Part shown: piece by piece, positions 1-14,095 of the stretch
Position numbering within the stretch: the stretch's first letter is position 1
How the letters are laid out: each line of letters opens with the position of its first letter
From: Octopus vulgaris
Lineage: Eukaryota
Assembly: GCA_951406725.2 (NCBI GenBank)
Contig: OX597830.1
Span: forward strand, 76,942,001 to 77,006,000
DNA length: 64,000 nt
Direction: 5' to 3'
Notes under the pieces: model-generated
The model's database searches: none
What the model saw: the letters and a program-made list of their open reading frames with translations, nothing else
Told to the model about the DNA's origin: nothing
Made by a program: the position numbers and the translations under genes

Positions 1-51
1 TCGCATTGGTCTAGCCTTACCTACGATCCTTTATACAATATATTCTACACA

Positions 52-455
52 AAGGCGGCGAGCTGACAGAAACGCTAGCACACTGGGCGAAATGTTTAGC
101 GGTATTTTCGTCTGCCGTTACGTTCTGGGTTAAAATTCCGCCGAGTCGACTTTGTCTTTCATCCTTTCGGGGTCGATAAATTAAGTACCTGCTACGCACT
201 GGGGTCGATATAATCGACTTAATCCGTTTGTCTGTCCTTGTTTATCTTCTCTGTGTTTAGCCCCTAGTGGGTAGTAAAGAAATAGGTATTTCGTCTGTCT
301 GTCTTTATGTTCTGAATTCAAATTCCGTCGAGGTCGACTTTACCTTTCATCCTTTCGGGGTCGATAAATTAAGTACCAACTGCGTACTAGGATCGATCTA
401 AGGGACTGGCCACTTCCTCACAAATTTCAGGCCTTGTGCCTAGAGTAGAAAAGAA
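52..455 (+). mobile_element. tRNA-derived SINE with Nin/Deu-like central domain; one full copy (~52-300) plus an adjacent partial copy (~285-455)
   Basis: GGCGGCGAGCTGACAGAA head, GTTCTG-GTT/CAAATTCC B-box-like motif, and the CTTTCATCCTTTCGGGGTCGATAAATTAAGTACC domain twice. Near-identical to 31682-31908; related copies at ~7450, 12190, 16170(-), 17083, 17277, 22270(-), 22640. Confidence 0.85.
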
Positions 456-743
456 TATGTTATATCTGGTTCGGTAGGCTGTTGCAGGATGAGTAGAAGT
501 GTGGCAGGCGGAGGGAAAATGGTCAGAGCAGTCGACAGAGTTTTGTTGACGGAGCGGTGTTTTCGCAACCGAGACAACTGAGCATTATCGAGTTTTCGAA
601 ACATTCCGGCCTTATTTGAACTGCTGGGCATGCGATCTACCTATGTGCCAAAGATCATTAAAATCGGTTGGATTGTGTGGGAAAAGATAGAGTAACCCCC
701 AAACGCACACACAGACAGACACCATTACACATTTATGTATATA

Positions 744-816
744 CAGGGTGATATATGTATGTGTATGTGCGTATGTATGTATGTGTATTTGCCTCTGTGT
801 ATGTATTATGTAAGCA

Positions 817-875
<59 letters not shown>

Positions 876-2029
876 TACACAGTACCTAATTCTATTCAAT
901 CTTTCAGCTCTGTTGCATCTGTTTTACTGTTTGGTATTCGCGCTGGAAGCTCCAAGATGAACATTACAGAGTGTTTAAGTGTCAATCTGAGGGTCATTGC
1001 AGAGGATTCGGAAAGAGTCGGATGCCTCTAATGGTAATTACAAAGGTGCAGTACCTCGCAAAACTCACTCTAATCGTTCTAATAAAGAAATAAGTCCTGG
1101 ATTTGTTGGTGAGGTCCAGGCCATGATTGACAATGATCCTTCCAAGTCAATCAGGTCCATCGCCAGGGACATGATAGTGTCTGAATATCTTATCAAGCAG
1201 GTAATGCATGAAGACATTCGGAATTCTTCATACAAGATGTGAAAGGGCCATTTTTTTATCCTAAGCCATTAAGGACAAAAGGGAAAATTGCGCTAAGAAG
1301 TTTTTGAACAAACTCAAACATACTTTCCAACCGAACATGTTTTGGTTTTTGTCAGACGAGAAAAATTTCTGCCAGGATCAGATGGTGAACACAGAGAACA
1401 ACCGTTGGCTTGCCGTATCCCCAAAACATGTAGCGAGTATGATAAAAATCAAACATCCAGTAAACAACATGGTGTTTGGAGTGATCACTAGTGACGGCAA
1501 TGTTATGCCTCAGACTCAACACCGGGGCCTACATCAAATTCTTGGATGAGGCAGTGCTGCCCTGGATGAAGAGGGTGGCTACTGGGAGACTTTTTCTCTG
1601 GCAACAGGAATCTGCATCATGCCACACAAGCAGGAGAACCCAGTCATGGCTGTCAGTAAATTTCTGTGACCACATCACTCCTAATGTCTGGCCACCTAAC
1701 TCTCCATACTGCAACCTCCTTGATTATCGCGTGCGGGGCGCAGTTGAGCGAGAGAGCAACAAAACTACTTGTAACATCAAAGATGAACTGCAGACCAGGA
1801 TTATGGCAGCATTCAGCAACTTAAACAAGGAGATCGTCCAGAAGAGTTGCAGTAGATTCTGAGGTCGTTTGAAGGACATGCTTGAAGCCAATGGCGATTT
1901 TATTGAATAAATTTGCTCGTTAGGATTTCAAGATATTTTAATGTAATTTTGGTAAATATATATGTTAAAATGAGATGTCAATGTTTCATTTTTGCGTAAT
2001 TTAGACGGCAATTTATTCATCGCACCCTG
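744..2029 (+). mobile_element. Decayed DD37D (maT) Tc1/mariner-superfamily transposon
   Basis: ORF pieces 997-1242 (HTH-like SIRSIARDM), 1304-1549 (LSDEKNF) and 1491-1862 (WQQESASCH...WPPNSPYCNLLDY), with exactly 37 residues between the second (D>E) and third acidic residues. Right TIR ends ...TTCATCGCACCCTG at 2029; only TA-CAGGGTG of the left TIR remains at 744. Confidence 0.85.
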
Positions 2030-2086
2030 TGTATGTATGTATGTATGTATGTATGTATGTATGTATGTATGTATGCATGTATATAG

Positions 2087-2164
<78 letters not shown>

Positions 2165-2358
2165 CGTATACATATATATATATGCATATATATGTATGTA
2201 CGTATGGATGCATGCATGCATGCATGGATGTATGCATATATATGTTTGCATATGTACATATATGTGTATATATAAGAGTATATAAAACATAACACATAAA
2301 TATGTGTGTGTATAAATAGTTATAAAATCAGTATATTCATATGTGGGTAGACAGATAT

Positions 2359-2427
<69 letters not shown>

Positions 2428-2735
2428 AGTTAATCCAAACAAGAAAACACAAAAAAAACAAAAAAACACAAAACGAGAGAGCAACAAAACAATATATATA
2501 TATATATATATATATATGCGCATATATGTGTGTATGTGTGTGTGTGCGTGTATATGTGAGTGTGTGTATGTATATATACATAAGATGTATATATATATGT
2601 ATATATTTATTTATGTATATATATATGTGTATATATATCTATCTCTGTATATATATACATGTATATATGTATGCATTTATATTTACAATTCTATGTATGC
2701 CTATGCATATGTTTCCATAAATGTACATCAATCCT

Positions 2736-2779
<44 letters not shown>

Positions 2780-3151
2780 GCACACACAAAGCACACACAA
2801 AAACGTTGCATTAAAAGAAAGAACATGTCTTTCTGTTCAATTTCTGTTTTAATCGAATCTGTCTTGTTGTTCTCCATAACCTCCGGGGGTAAATTAGTGA
2901 AAACCAAATATAACACTTTCCTAACACACGTCTCTAATATACGTTAGATCATAAGTTAGTCTTTGGTGTCGGCGTTGGTGTCGTCATTATTGATGGCCTT
3001 GTTTTCGTTCATGTTGTTGTTGTTGTTGTAGTTGTTGTTGTTATTGTTGCATTTGGACATCTGAGAAATTCAAGACATTTTAATTTTTCTTTTTCTCTAC
3101 GCGTCTCATGTTTCGTGATTCCATCTTTGGTCTTCTCGTCTGAAGAACAAC

Positions 3152-3312
3152 ATCTTCTTCTTCTTCTTCTTCTTCTTCTTCTTCTTCTTCTTCTTCTTCT
3201 TCTTCTTCTTCTTCTTCTTCTTTTTCTTCTTCTTCTTCTTCTTCTTCTTCTTCTTCTTCTTCTTCTTCTTCTTCTTCTTCTTCTTTTTCTTCTTCTTCTT
3301 CTTTTTCTTCTT
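3152..3312. repeat. (CTT)n/(GAA)n microsatellite
   Basis: Long, nearly pure CTT tract; source of the poly-K and poly-L ORFs. Confidence 0.95.
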
Positions 3313-3880
3313 CCGTTTCTTCAATACCCTCATCCTCCTGTTTGTTGTTCTTTTTTTTTTATTTTCATTCCTCCGCCACCTTCCTTATATATTTCTCCTC
3401 CTTCTCTTCCTTCACGTCCCCACCCCCCTTCACCCTTCCTAAATCCTTCCTGTATACAACCAACTTCACTTTGTCATAGATACCATGCGATGTCACTTGT
3501 CCTTTTGGAGGGGCGTGTTTCAGGAATGAGGGTTAAAGGTAGCCGACCGCAAGATCTACAAAAGGGAAAACAAAAGTGACCCCTTACACTTCTTATTAAC
3601 ATAAAAAAAAGGACCAGCACATTTCAGTGTAAAAATTTGATAGCCTTCAACTATTTAGATGTCATGTCACACACACACACACACACAGGTACCCATACAC
3701 ACATACACACACATGCACACATACGCTGGGCGAGGCATGCACGCGCGCACACACACATTATCACGTGACTAACACACATGTATTGTAGATATAATTATGT
3801 GTATACTTACATATAAATATATATGTATACATGCTTTGCGTGTGTGGATATGTAAACACACATAGGTATATCCACACACA

Positions 3881-3965
<85 letters not shown>

Positions 3966-3976
3966 GTGTATATATA

Positions 3977-4019
<43 letters not shown>

Positions 4020-4055
4020 ATATATATGTATGTATATATATATGTGTGTGTATAT

Positions 4056-4108
<53 letters not shown>

Positions 4109-4905
4109 CATATATATATATATATATATATACATGCAAACATATATACACACATGCTCTCTCTCTCTCTCCCCCCCACACACACAGATACACACACACA
4201 CCACACACGTACGCACCTTATTGATTGATTGATTCTTCATCTTTTGGCATCTTGAAGAATGATATTATAAGGAAGACTAAAAGAAGAGAACACACACACA
4301 CACACACAAAAACAAAACAAAATGGAAACGCAAAGTGCAGAGTGGTGTGTGGTCCACGAGACTTGCCGCGTGACCTGGAACGATTCCACACCAATTAGTC
4401 TTGGATTTAGAAAATTTTACTATTATCTGTACTATTATTGTTGTTGTTGTTGCTGTGTTGTTTGTCAGTATTACATGACTTGAAGTTACAAAATATGACG
4501 GATTAGGCTGTACGAGGAAGCTGCGCCCTCACACGGACGTGCAAGAGCACCACGTGGACCAGTTCTCATTGCAGATGCGCATGTACTTGAGCGACCACTA
4601 ACATGCACTGCACGCGCTCACCGTGCGTGAAACCGTACACCGAGCCCACAAGATTCGTATTAATTTTCTATCGAGCATCGTTACGTGTATGCACACACAC
4701 ACACACGCATGTATGCACACGTACATATGTATGTATGGTTGTGCGTTTGTATGTATGTATGTAGGCAAGTGTGTGTGTAATGTGTGCGTGGAAGCTTGTG
4801 TGTTAGTGCGCGCAAACTCAGATACACACCCACACACGCGTGCACACATACACACAGACACACTCACGCATACACACACATACATATATGTATGCATATA
4901 AGTAC

Positions 4906-4936
<31 letters not shown>

Positions 4937-5215
4937 TACACCTATAGCTACATACATATAGACACAAACACTAACAAAACAAAGAGAGAGATGGGGAGAA
5001 ATACAGAGTAACTCTCTCCCTCTCTCACACTTACACACACACATACACACACTCCAACAACAACAACAACAACAACAACAACAACCCCACATTTTGCCCT
5101 CTGATCTATATCAGACAAACAAATTTGACCAACAACGTTTCACACCTGGAAAGTCTTCTAAAAATTTGACGATGTGTGATGTCTCATTTGGAAACACACA
5201 CACACACACGCGCAA

Positions 5216-5315
<100 letters not shown>

Positions 5316-6096
5316 GTATATATATATATACATATATATATGTATATATACATATATATATGTATATATATACACACATACACACATATATAAGCGTATG
5401 CGTGTGTGTATAACCGAGTGACATTGAATGATGGTGAGGTCCGCCGAACCAAGCGATGTGCCATCTAAACCACAGTTCGGTTTGCATTTGCAAGTTTAAC
5501 AGTTCACTTACTCCTCCGCGTACTTACCCACCAACTAACCCGCTCACTCACTCACTCATTCTCGTGCTTCTCATCTTGACACCAAAACTTCTAAACCGAT
5601 TTGTTGCTTGTTAACAACTAACTCTAACCCTCGACACTGCGCACAAAATCATATAAAATATATGTCCGGATACAAATTAGCATATCTACAGCGCCTTCAT
5701 TTCGTGTGAGAATTGCCAGATTTCAAAAACAATGTGTTATATTTCAGATATGGAAAATGAAATGTTAAATAAGTAAAAGAAACTAACTAAATATGTTACT
5801 GCAATATGTTAGGTGAACAATTGTCACGTTAGCTTTTATACTATTTGCAAAAGCCACGCATTTTCGAGAAGTATGGGATGTAATGGATATTAGGTTGATT
5901 TCCATGACGGCCATTTTTGTTTTCCATTAGATAAAGAGCCATATTGTTTCGAATTAAGTCCTACTGCACCGCATCTTGGTCAAGCGTCTTCTACTATAGA
6001 TACTTGTGTGGTGTCACTTATACCCCCAGGCCGACCAAAGCCCTATGAGTGAAACTGAGAGAAGAGGAGAGCTGAAAAATGCTTGTCATATATATA

Positions 6097-6251
6097 TGGC
6101 TGTGTGGTAAGTAGCTCGTTTACCAACCACATAGTTCCGGGTTCAGTCCCACTGCGTGGCACCTTGGGGAAGTGTCTTCTACTATAGCCTCGGGCCGACG
6201 AAAGCCTTGTGAGTGGATTTGGTAGACGGAAACTGAAAGAAACCCGTCGTA

Positions 6252-6327
<76 letters not shown>

Positions 6328-6545
6328 TGTGTGTGTTTGTGTGTCTGTGTTTGTCCCCCTAGCATTGCTTTCACAACCGATGCTGGTGTGTTTATGACCC
6401 CATTACTTAGCGGTTCGGCAAAATATACCGATAGAATAAGTACTGGGCTTACAAAAAGAATAAGTCTCGGGGTCGAGTTGCTCGACTAATAGGCGATGCT
6501 CCAGCATGGCCGCAGTCAAATGATTGAAACAAGTAAAAGAGTATA
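6097..6545 (+). mobile_element. tRNA-derived SINE with CORE-like CCTTGGG(C)AAGTG segment and internal (TA)n/(TG)n microsatellite
   Basis: GGCTGTGTGGTAAG...GGTTCAGTCCC head, then a (TA)n tract, then a conserved 3' half (CTTAGCGGTTCGGCAAAA...GCTCCAGCATGGCCGCAGTCAAATGA). Same layout at 28685, 33795, 42461, 59222 and 60870. Confidence 0.85.
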
Positions 6546-6555
6546 TATGTATGTA

Positions 6556-6611
<56 letters not shown>

Positions 6612-6614
6612 ACA

Positions 6615-7111
6615 GGACGCTGATTTGTCACAGCAATTACTAGAATTCAATTACAGCTGAGTGAACTGGATCGACGTGAAATAAAGTGTTTTGCTCAAGA
6701 ACACCCAGTCCCGGGAATCGAAAACACGACCTTAAAGTCGCGAGTTCAACACTTTAACCACTAGGCTATGCGATGTCCACATAGAATAGCATAGGATAAA
6801 GTGTAAAGATCCTTTTCGATCGTGACTGGCCTTACAAAGTTCTCCTCCGAGGCGCAAGTCCGGGCAAGGTTGTTTTTTGTGAAAGGCTAGCGGTCACTCA
6901 TGCATACCAGCCTCCCCTCTCCACGCCACCGATGTTATCCAGCTTGGCACCAGTGACGTCATAGCTCATTTCTACAGCTGAGTAAACTGGAACAACGTGA
7001 AATAAAGTGTCTTGCTCAAGAACACAACACACGGCCCGGTCCAGGAATCGAACACACAACCTCATGATTGCGAGCCCGACGCTCTAGCCACTGAGCCATC
7101 TATCTTCACAG
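6615..7111 (-). mobile_element. Two adjacent copies of a third tRNA-derived SINE family
   Basis: Minus strand reads TGGCTCAGTGGCTAGAGCG...GTTCGATTCC (A/B boxes), then CTTGAGCAAGACACTTTATTTCACG; present at ~6615-6782 and ~6800-7111. Relatives at 13765-14095 and 15690-15970. Confidence 0.8.
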
Positions 7112-7734
7112 AATAGAATAGAAAATAGAATAACACGAAAATGTAGGTCAAAATGTTTGGTTAAGTCTCACTCAAGAAACCTTTGAATAAGAAACTGTTT
7201 GAAAGAGGATTTCTTATTACCACACGCAATGACCCAAAGAGAGCTCCGTTAGAAATCAGGAATAAATGACGCCATTTTACTCGTAATGAACCATTAAATA
7301 AATTAGTTTAATTACGATAAAAATATCTAAAACGTAATCTTATTGAGATGTCAATTTGAGCTAACGATTCTATTGTTTAATTGATAAATTAATTATCATG
7401 AATATCGGAGATACTCTTTCTTTTCCACGTTATGCTAGTTGATTGACTCTAAGGTGGTGAGATGGTAGAATCGTTAACCCGTCAGAAAAATAGTACTCAC
7501 GGCATTGTTTCTCGCCTTTTACGATCTGAGTACAATCAGTACCGAGGTTGACTTTGCCTTTCATCCTACCGAGTTCTATACAATAAGAACTAGTCAAATT
7601 CAATCTTGCTTTTCATTCGTCCAGGATAAATAAAACAAAGAATAAAGGACAAGTGAAAAGGAAAAAAAACTATAAACCAAACTAGTAACATCTCCATCAA
7701 TGATTTGAGTGTTTCCCCATATTTAACGAGCCAA

Positions 7735-8315
7735 TATCTGTGGCTGCCTAACAGATGTTAACATAAAGCTGAATATCAGTGAAAAAGAAAACACCAATGC
7801 TGAACTATTGAGAAATATGCAGTTACTCTATCCAGATTACAAATTCAGGTTTATACCTGTAATTATTGGGGTCCTGGGATATGTAACACACTGTCTAAAT
7901 ACCAACCTTGATAAATTAGGCCTCTCAAGACCAGAAAGGAGAACGCTAATTCGAAGACGACAGATCCAATCCATCACTGGAACTGTAAAAATCTGTAAAA
8001 CTTTCTAGAAGTTTATCATTTAAATATATATGCGCATGTCTAGATATGCAACTATATGCATGAGAATACACACATAAAACATACAAATCTGCACAAACAT
8101 GCATACATACATGCATACGTATATACATATATACATGTATATATGTATACATATATACATACATATATACATACATATATACGTACGTATATACGTACAT
8201 GCATACAAAAATACCCTGGTGTTGATGTTGAAATTCCGATGAAGGAGTCTTGGATCGAGGTTAGAAACCGGCTCTTTTTCTATTGGCAAGAAATATTGAA
8301 ATAAACTGAATAATG
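7735..8315 (+). mobile_element. 3' end of an RLE-type (R4/NeSL/HERO-like) non-LTR retrotransposon
   Basis: ORF 7808-8008 ...LLYPDYKFRFIPVIIGVLG...IQSITGTVKICKTF resembles the C-terminus of restriction-like-endonuclease LINEs. Homologous inverted copies at ~14890-15160 and ~59690-59950. Confidence 0.75.
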
Positions 8316-8685
8316 ACGTACATACATACATACATACATACATACATACATACATACATACACACATATATATCACAGTAATTCTTCACATAGACATGCG
8401 TACATGCTTGCTTGTAATTATGTGAAATTTTATTGCTGTCGCGATTAAGGTGCATGTGTGTATCTATGTGTGTAGTGCGCATGTGCGTATGGATGTATGT
8501 GTACGACTGTTTCATGGCCATGAAATGAAAATGTATTTAGAAGGTTAATCAACATTAATTAGATTTAAGAAAAGTTTCACGTATATTTATTTGCATATTT
8601 ATGAAAGTGCAGTTATATATGATATGCGGGTGATACGTGCTGATCTGAATGCACGAGCTTGTGTGTATACATGTATGTATGTATG

Positions 8686-8753
<68 letters not shown>

Positions 8754-8784
8754 CATATTTATATATATACATATACATAGGTAC

Positions 8785-8860
<76 letters not shown>

Positions 8861-8912
8861 ATCAATGTATCTTATGTATCTATCTATCTATCTATGTCTC
8901 TCTATATATATG

Positions 8913-8946
<34 letters not shown>

Positions 8947-9656
8947 ATATGTGTGTGTACACAAGCGTAAATTGTCCCTATATGTATGTACATATATGTG
9001 CATACATGTATATATGTGTATGTGCGTGTGTGTGTATGTGTGTATATGTTTATATGTATACGCACCTTTTCTAATCTATTTGGATTCATTACGTAAATGT
9101 TTCCCAAAAGAGCATCGAAACTCGATATCCTTGCTACATATCACCAGATGGCGCCACATTGATACGAAATTACACTAAAACACTGACCTCTCTCTCTGTC
9201 TGTCTCTCTGTCTCTCTCTCTTTTAATTATTTTTTGTCTCAATTCCATTTTTATCTATTTATTTACACATTTATTCATTAACACACCCACACAAAACACA
9301 ATCACACGCCTATACAAGTCTGTGTACCGTGTGTGTATATGTCTGTGTGCTTGTGTGTTTATATATGTTTGTGTACAAGCATGTGTGTGCGTATACATGT
9401 ATATATGTATGTTCATGTGTGTGTGCGCCTGTGCGCGTGTGTATTTTTTGATTATCATTCTTTCTTTTGATGTTAAATCTAAAGAGTTCTTTGCAGAATT
9501 TTCTTTCTGAAGACAAACTTTTTATCAAAACTTTTCGTTGACTTTATTTTATTTTATTTTATTCTATTTTTTTAATTGTTTGATTTTCTGTTTTCTGATA
9601 AAATCAGAATGGAGATTCATTAAGTAAATAATCCCGAAAACACAAATAGCCTCGAA

Positions 9657-9912
<256 letters not shown>

Positions 9913-9959
9913 TATTTCCAAAAATAGTTGCAACAAACAGCAGTAGTGACACATAGTTA

Positions 9960-10385
9960 TAGTTGCAGAACGTAAAGATGAAGAGGGAGACAGAAAGTTT
10001 GTTAGTAGCTGCAGAAGATCAAGCATTAAGGCCTAATTGAATAAAAGCGAAAATAGGTAAAAACCATGTAGTTTCCCCATTGTAGATTATGTAAATGAAA
10101 TGAGGACAGCGTTACTCACATCGTAAGTGCTGGCACAGAAAGAATACAAGAAAAGACATGACAATCCACTGGGAGTTATGTAGAAAGCTAAGATTTGAAC
10201 ATAAGGATAAATGGCATGTACATGAAACTATTAAAGTACTAGAAAGTAAGAAATATAAGATCTTTAACATTCAGACTGACATGGTAATAGTAGCTAGAAG
10301 GCCTGATTTGGTAGTTGTAGATAAAGAGAATAGAAAGTACCAGATAACTGACTTTACAGTCCCAAATGATGAAAACATTAATATG
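9960..10385 (+). pseudogene. R4/Dong-like LINE fragment (zinc knuckle plus RLE endonuclease)
   Basis: CRLCK..EDSVTHIVS, KEYKKRHD, IHWELCRK and IQTD...RRPDLVVVDK...ITDFTVPND motifs; abuts an (AAT)n tract. Confidence 0.85.
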
Positions 10386-11179
10386 TTGCTTTATTCTTTT
10401 CTAGAAGTAATGAGTTTCTAAGTGAATTTTATAAAATAATATAAACTTGCATTATTTTTTTTTTCTTGAAGACGGAAATTTCATTTTACTTTTTGTCAGG
10501 AAGATTTGGTTTCTCTTTCTAGTAACTTGAGCGACCAGGTAAAGGCTCTGTCGTTGCCTCGTCTCGTTCCCTTCGTCACCAGTTGTTTAGTCCCGAGTTG
10601 GATCTGATTGAACAGATATGATCAAAGACGTCCCAACTGTGACCATTCCGTCATTCTTCCCAGACATAATGGACTCTCTATGTATATATTACATGATAGA
10701 GGTTTTTCTGTTCCGTATATAAAAATGTTTGGCTAATTTTCTAGCAGGTCATGCAACCATATACAGGCTCCGTCGTTGGTCTATCTCTGTAATAATTTTG
10801 TTGTTATTTAGCCTCAAATCAACCCTGATACAACAAACCTATCATCAATGACATTCCAGCCTTCAGCAAACTGTCATTTTAGGGGTAATCTTGGATATTA
10901 CATACAATGGGCATGTGATTTAGGTAGGGGGATACTTTGGCTGCTATTTTTAGCGTGTCAAACGACCATGTAGAGGCTCTTTCATTGGTTCGATTGCGTG
11001 ATGAGATTTTCTGTCACATATATGTAATATGTATATATATCATCGGCAGAAGTTAGAGAGTAATTCAAAAGCTGAGAGTTTCGTGTATTGACATTTATCA
11101 AACACGAATTGGGCCATTGTCACTCTGTAACTTCTGCCTGTTATTAATATGTGTGTGTGTGAGTATAGATATATAAATC

Positions 11180-11308
<129 letters not shown>

Positions 11309-11489
11309 GCTGAATACACGTCACTGATTGGTTAAATTTACCCAAATACGACAATTTTAACACGAAATAACTTCTAAAATACAAAATTTTGTCAAAAACA
11401 TTAAGAGTAAACCCTGTTCTACGTGACACATTCTACCAGTTTCCAAAGTTTCAAAGTGTTTAGTTAAAACGAAATTGATTAAATAATTT

Positions 11490-11945
11490 GTGAATGAGAT
11501 GGAAGAGATCCGTTTATACAAATGTAATCCTAATTGCTTTAAATGCCGTAGGTATCATCACTAACAGACTTGGTAGTTTCCTTATTGCGATTGCTGGAAC
11601 TACAGGAGTTGCATTAATTCAGAAATCTGTTCTATTGGCAACAGCAAAGATAGTAACAAAAAGGTCCTCGATATCTAATGAAAATGGGTGGGACCCGGTT
11701 TCAAGGGCATTGATTGCGATGAAAAGACGGTAGTAGTACCAATACTTGTCGGAGCCCTGGTAACAAAGAGTAAAAATCTTGATAAGTACTTGGAAAAGTA
11801 GGGGGCTGCAGAAAACAGCACTGCTTGAAGCTGCTCGAACACTCCGGATGGTGATCGAAAAATAAGGGGTGTTACGTTAGTTCACTGGTAGTGAACAGCT
11901 GGCACCGTAGTGCATGTCCAGCGTTAGAAGCTGTGCAAAGACAAT
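11490..11945 (+). mobile_element. Two successive 3'-terminal fragments of RLE-type LINEs ending in (AAT)n
   Basis: ALIQKSVLLATAKIV and VVPILVGAL...QKTALLEAARTLR C-terminal motifs, followed by a (TAA)n tail. Confidence 0.65.
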
Positions 11946-11956
11946 AAATAATAATG

Positions 11957-12029
<73 letters not shown>

Positions 12030-12057
12030 TAATAATAATAATAATAGTAGTAGTAAC

Positions 12058-12104
<47 letters not shown>

Positions 12105-12130
12105 GAAGAAGAAGAAGAAGAAGAAGAAGA

Positions 12131-12181
<51 letters not shown>

Positions 12182-12396
12182 CAGTAAATATTCGACTTTG
12201 CCTTTCATCCTTTCGGGGTCGATAAATTAAATAACAGTTATGCGCTGGGGTCGATGTAATCGACTTAATCCGTTTGTCTGTCCTTGTTTGTCTCCTCTGT
12301 GTTTAGCCCCTTGTGGGTAGTAAAGAAATATACTACAGATTTGTTTGTTAGTTGTTTGACCTTAACCATTTGAGCATGTCCCTTAGTGGCTGACGA

Positions 12397-12945
12397 TAGA
12401 AAGATTCCTGGACACGTTCAAAAGAGCGTTAAGAAAATCTAGGAACGAATTAAGTAATGACGAAGTACGAACAAAATTCTTATGGCTATATAGAGTAACC
12501 TCAGTCCAAGTGAAAATTCAGGAAAGTCACCTGCAGAATTGGTGTTTGCGTGAAGAATAAAATCGATTTATGATACGATATTGCCAGAGGGGGGAAAAAT
12601 GATGTAATGGAAATGCGAAAGATGTAACGAAATATTTTGAAGAAGGAGATAAAAAGTGTATTTTAAAACCTACAGAAATTTTAAAGGAGGCTGGGAGGAT
12701 GGCCTTGCAATCAAGAAAAAAAAAAAAGATATTGATTTATCTAATTAAAGGACCGCGCTGGGAACATAAGAGACACATAAATCAGCCGAAGAAGTGTCAT
12801 ACCGAAGAACGGAGAGAAATTCCTATGGAAGTATTTTTATATATATTCGATGTCCCAGCACCGAAAGTAATGAAGTCTGTAGAACCATCATTAGAAAACG
12901 GAAGCAGACTGAGAACCTTGGGATAAAGCCCAAGCGAAAAAGATA
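12397..12945 (+). pseudogene. Ty3/Gypsy integrase C-terminal relic
   Basis: Translation ERFLDTFKRALRK...FLWLYRVT...SGKSPAELVFA*RIKSIYDTILP, then YLIKGPRWEHKRHINQ (ORF 12699-12926); stops and frameshifts present. Confidence 0.75.
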
Positions 12946-13653
12946 CTAAAAAAAAAAGAAATAATAATAAATAACATTTCTTAAATCAAACATATATTGA
13001 GTGCTACACAGGTTAATAGTATCACAAGGCTTAATCGATATATATATATATATATATATACATACTTATATACATACATATATACATACATGTATACACA
13101 CACAACACACACACACACACACCAATAATAACATTTATTTCTCACAACAAGCAATGAATTTGATTAGGTTTTGAAGTAGTTTAATTTAGCAGTTTTACTC
13201 CTTTTCCTTTTTTTATATTTCGTTTTGTATTTATTTATTTACTTTTTTGATTAATTTGTTCGTGAAAATTAATAGCAAAAATATATGAAAAAAATTCCTG
13301 CAAAAATCTGTCAAAAAAACCTTTCATATAAAGTTATTAATACAAAAATATTTGACCGACAAATGCGTTTCCGCTTTTCCCCGACTTTTCTCTTTATCTC
13401 GCTTACCCTCTTCTCTCCCCGTCTCTCTTTTTCTTTCTTTTTTTTTCAAAAGAAATAGTCATTAATCCAATTAAAATTAATATGGGACGCTGGCGAACGT
13501 TGTGTGACGTTTGCTTCCCAAACACATGGTTCCGGGTTCAGTCCCACTCCGTGGCAGTTTCAGCAAATGTCTTCAACTATAGTCTTTTTAGTGGATTTGG
13601 TAGACGGAAACCGGAAGAAACCCGTCGTGTATATATATATATACATACATATA

Positions 13654-13697
<44 letters not shown>

Positions 13698-13764
13698 CGT
13701 ATGTGAGTGTATGTATAAATATATATATAGATAAAATCGCATGTGAGTGTGTGTGTGTGTATAT

Positions 13765-14095
13765 ATATAGGGGCACTCCGTCGGTTACGACGACGAGGGA
13801 CCCAGCTGAAACTATCAACGGAACAGCTTCCTCGTGAAATTAACGTGGAAGTGGCTGAGCACTCAACAGAAACGGGTACCCTTAACGTAGTTCTCAGGGA
13901 GATTCAACAGGACACAGAGCGTGAGAAGGTTGACCCTTTGAATTACAGGTAAAACTCATTTTTGTCAGTGACGTGTACTGGAGCAACGTGAAATAAAGTG
14001 TCTTGTTTAAGTACACAACGCGTCGCCGGAAATTGAACTCACTACCTTACGATCGTGAGCGGAATGCCCTAACCACTAAGCCACGCGCCTTCACT
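13765..14095 (-). mobile_element. tRNA-derived SINE (same head family as 6800-7111)
   Basis: Minus strand GGCGCGTGGCTTAGTGGTTAGGG...GAGTTCAATTTCCG, then CAAGACACTTTATTTCACG. Confidence 0.75.

Noticed and set aside
1928-2947. YI/HT/CV-repeat ORFs here and throughout the window
   Set aside because: Translations of (TA)n/(CA)n microsatellites.
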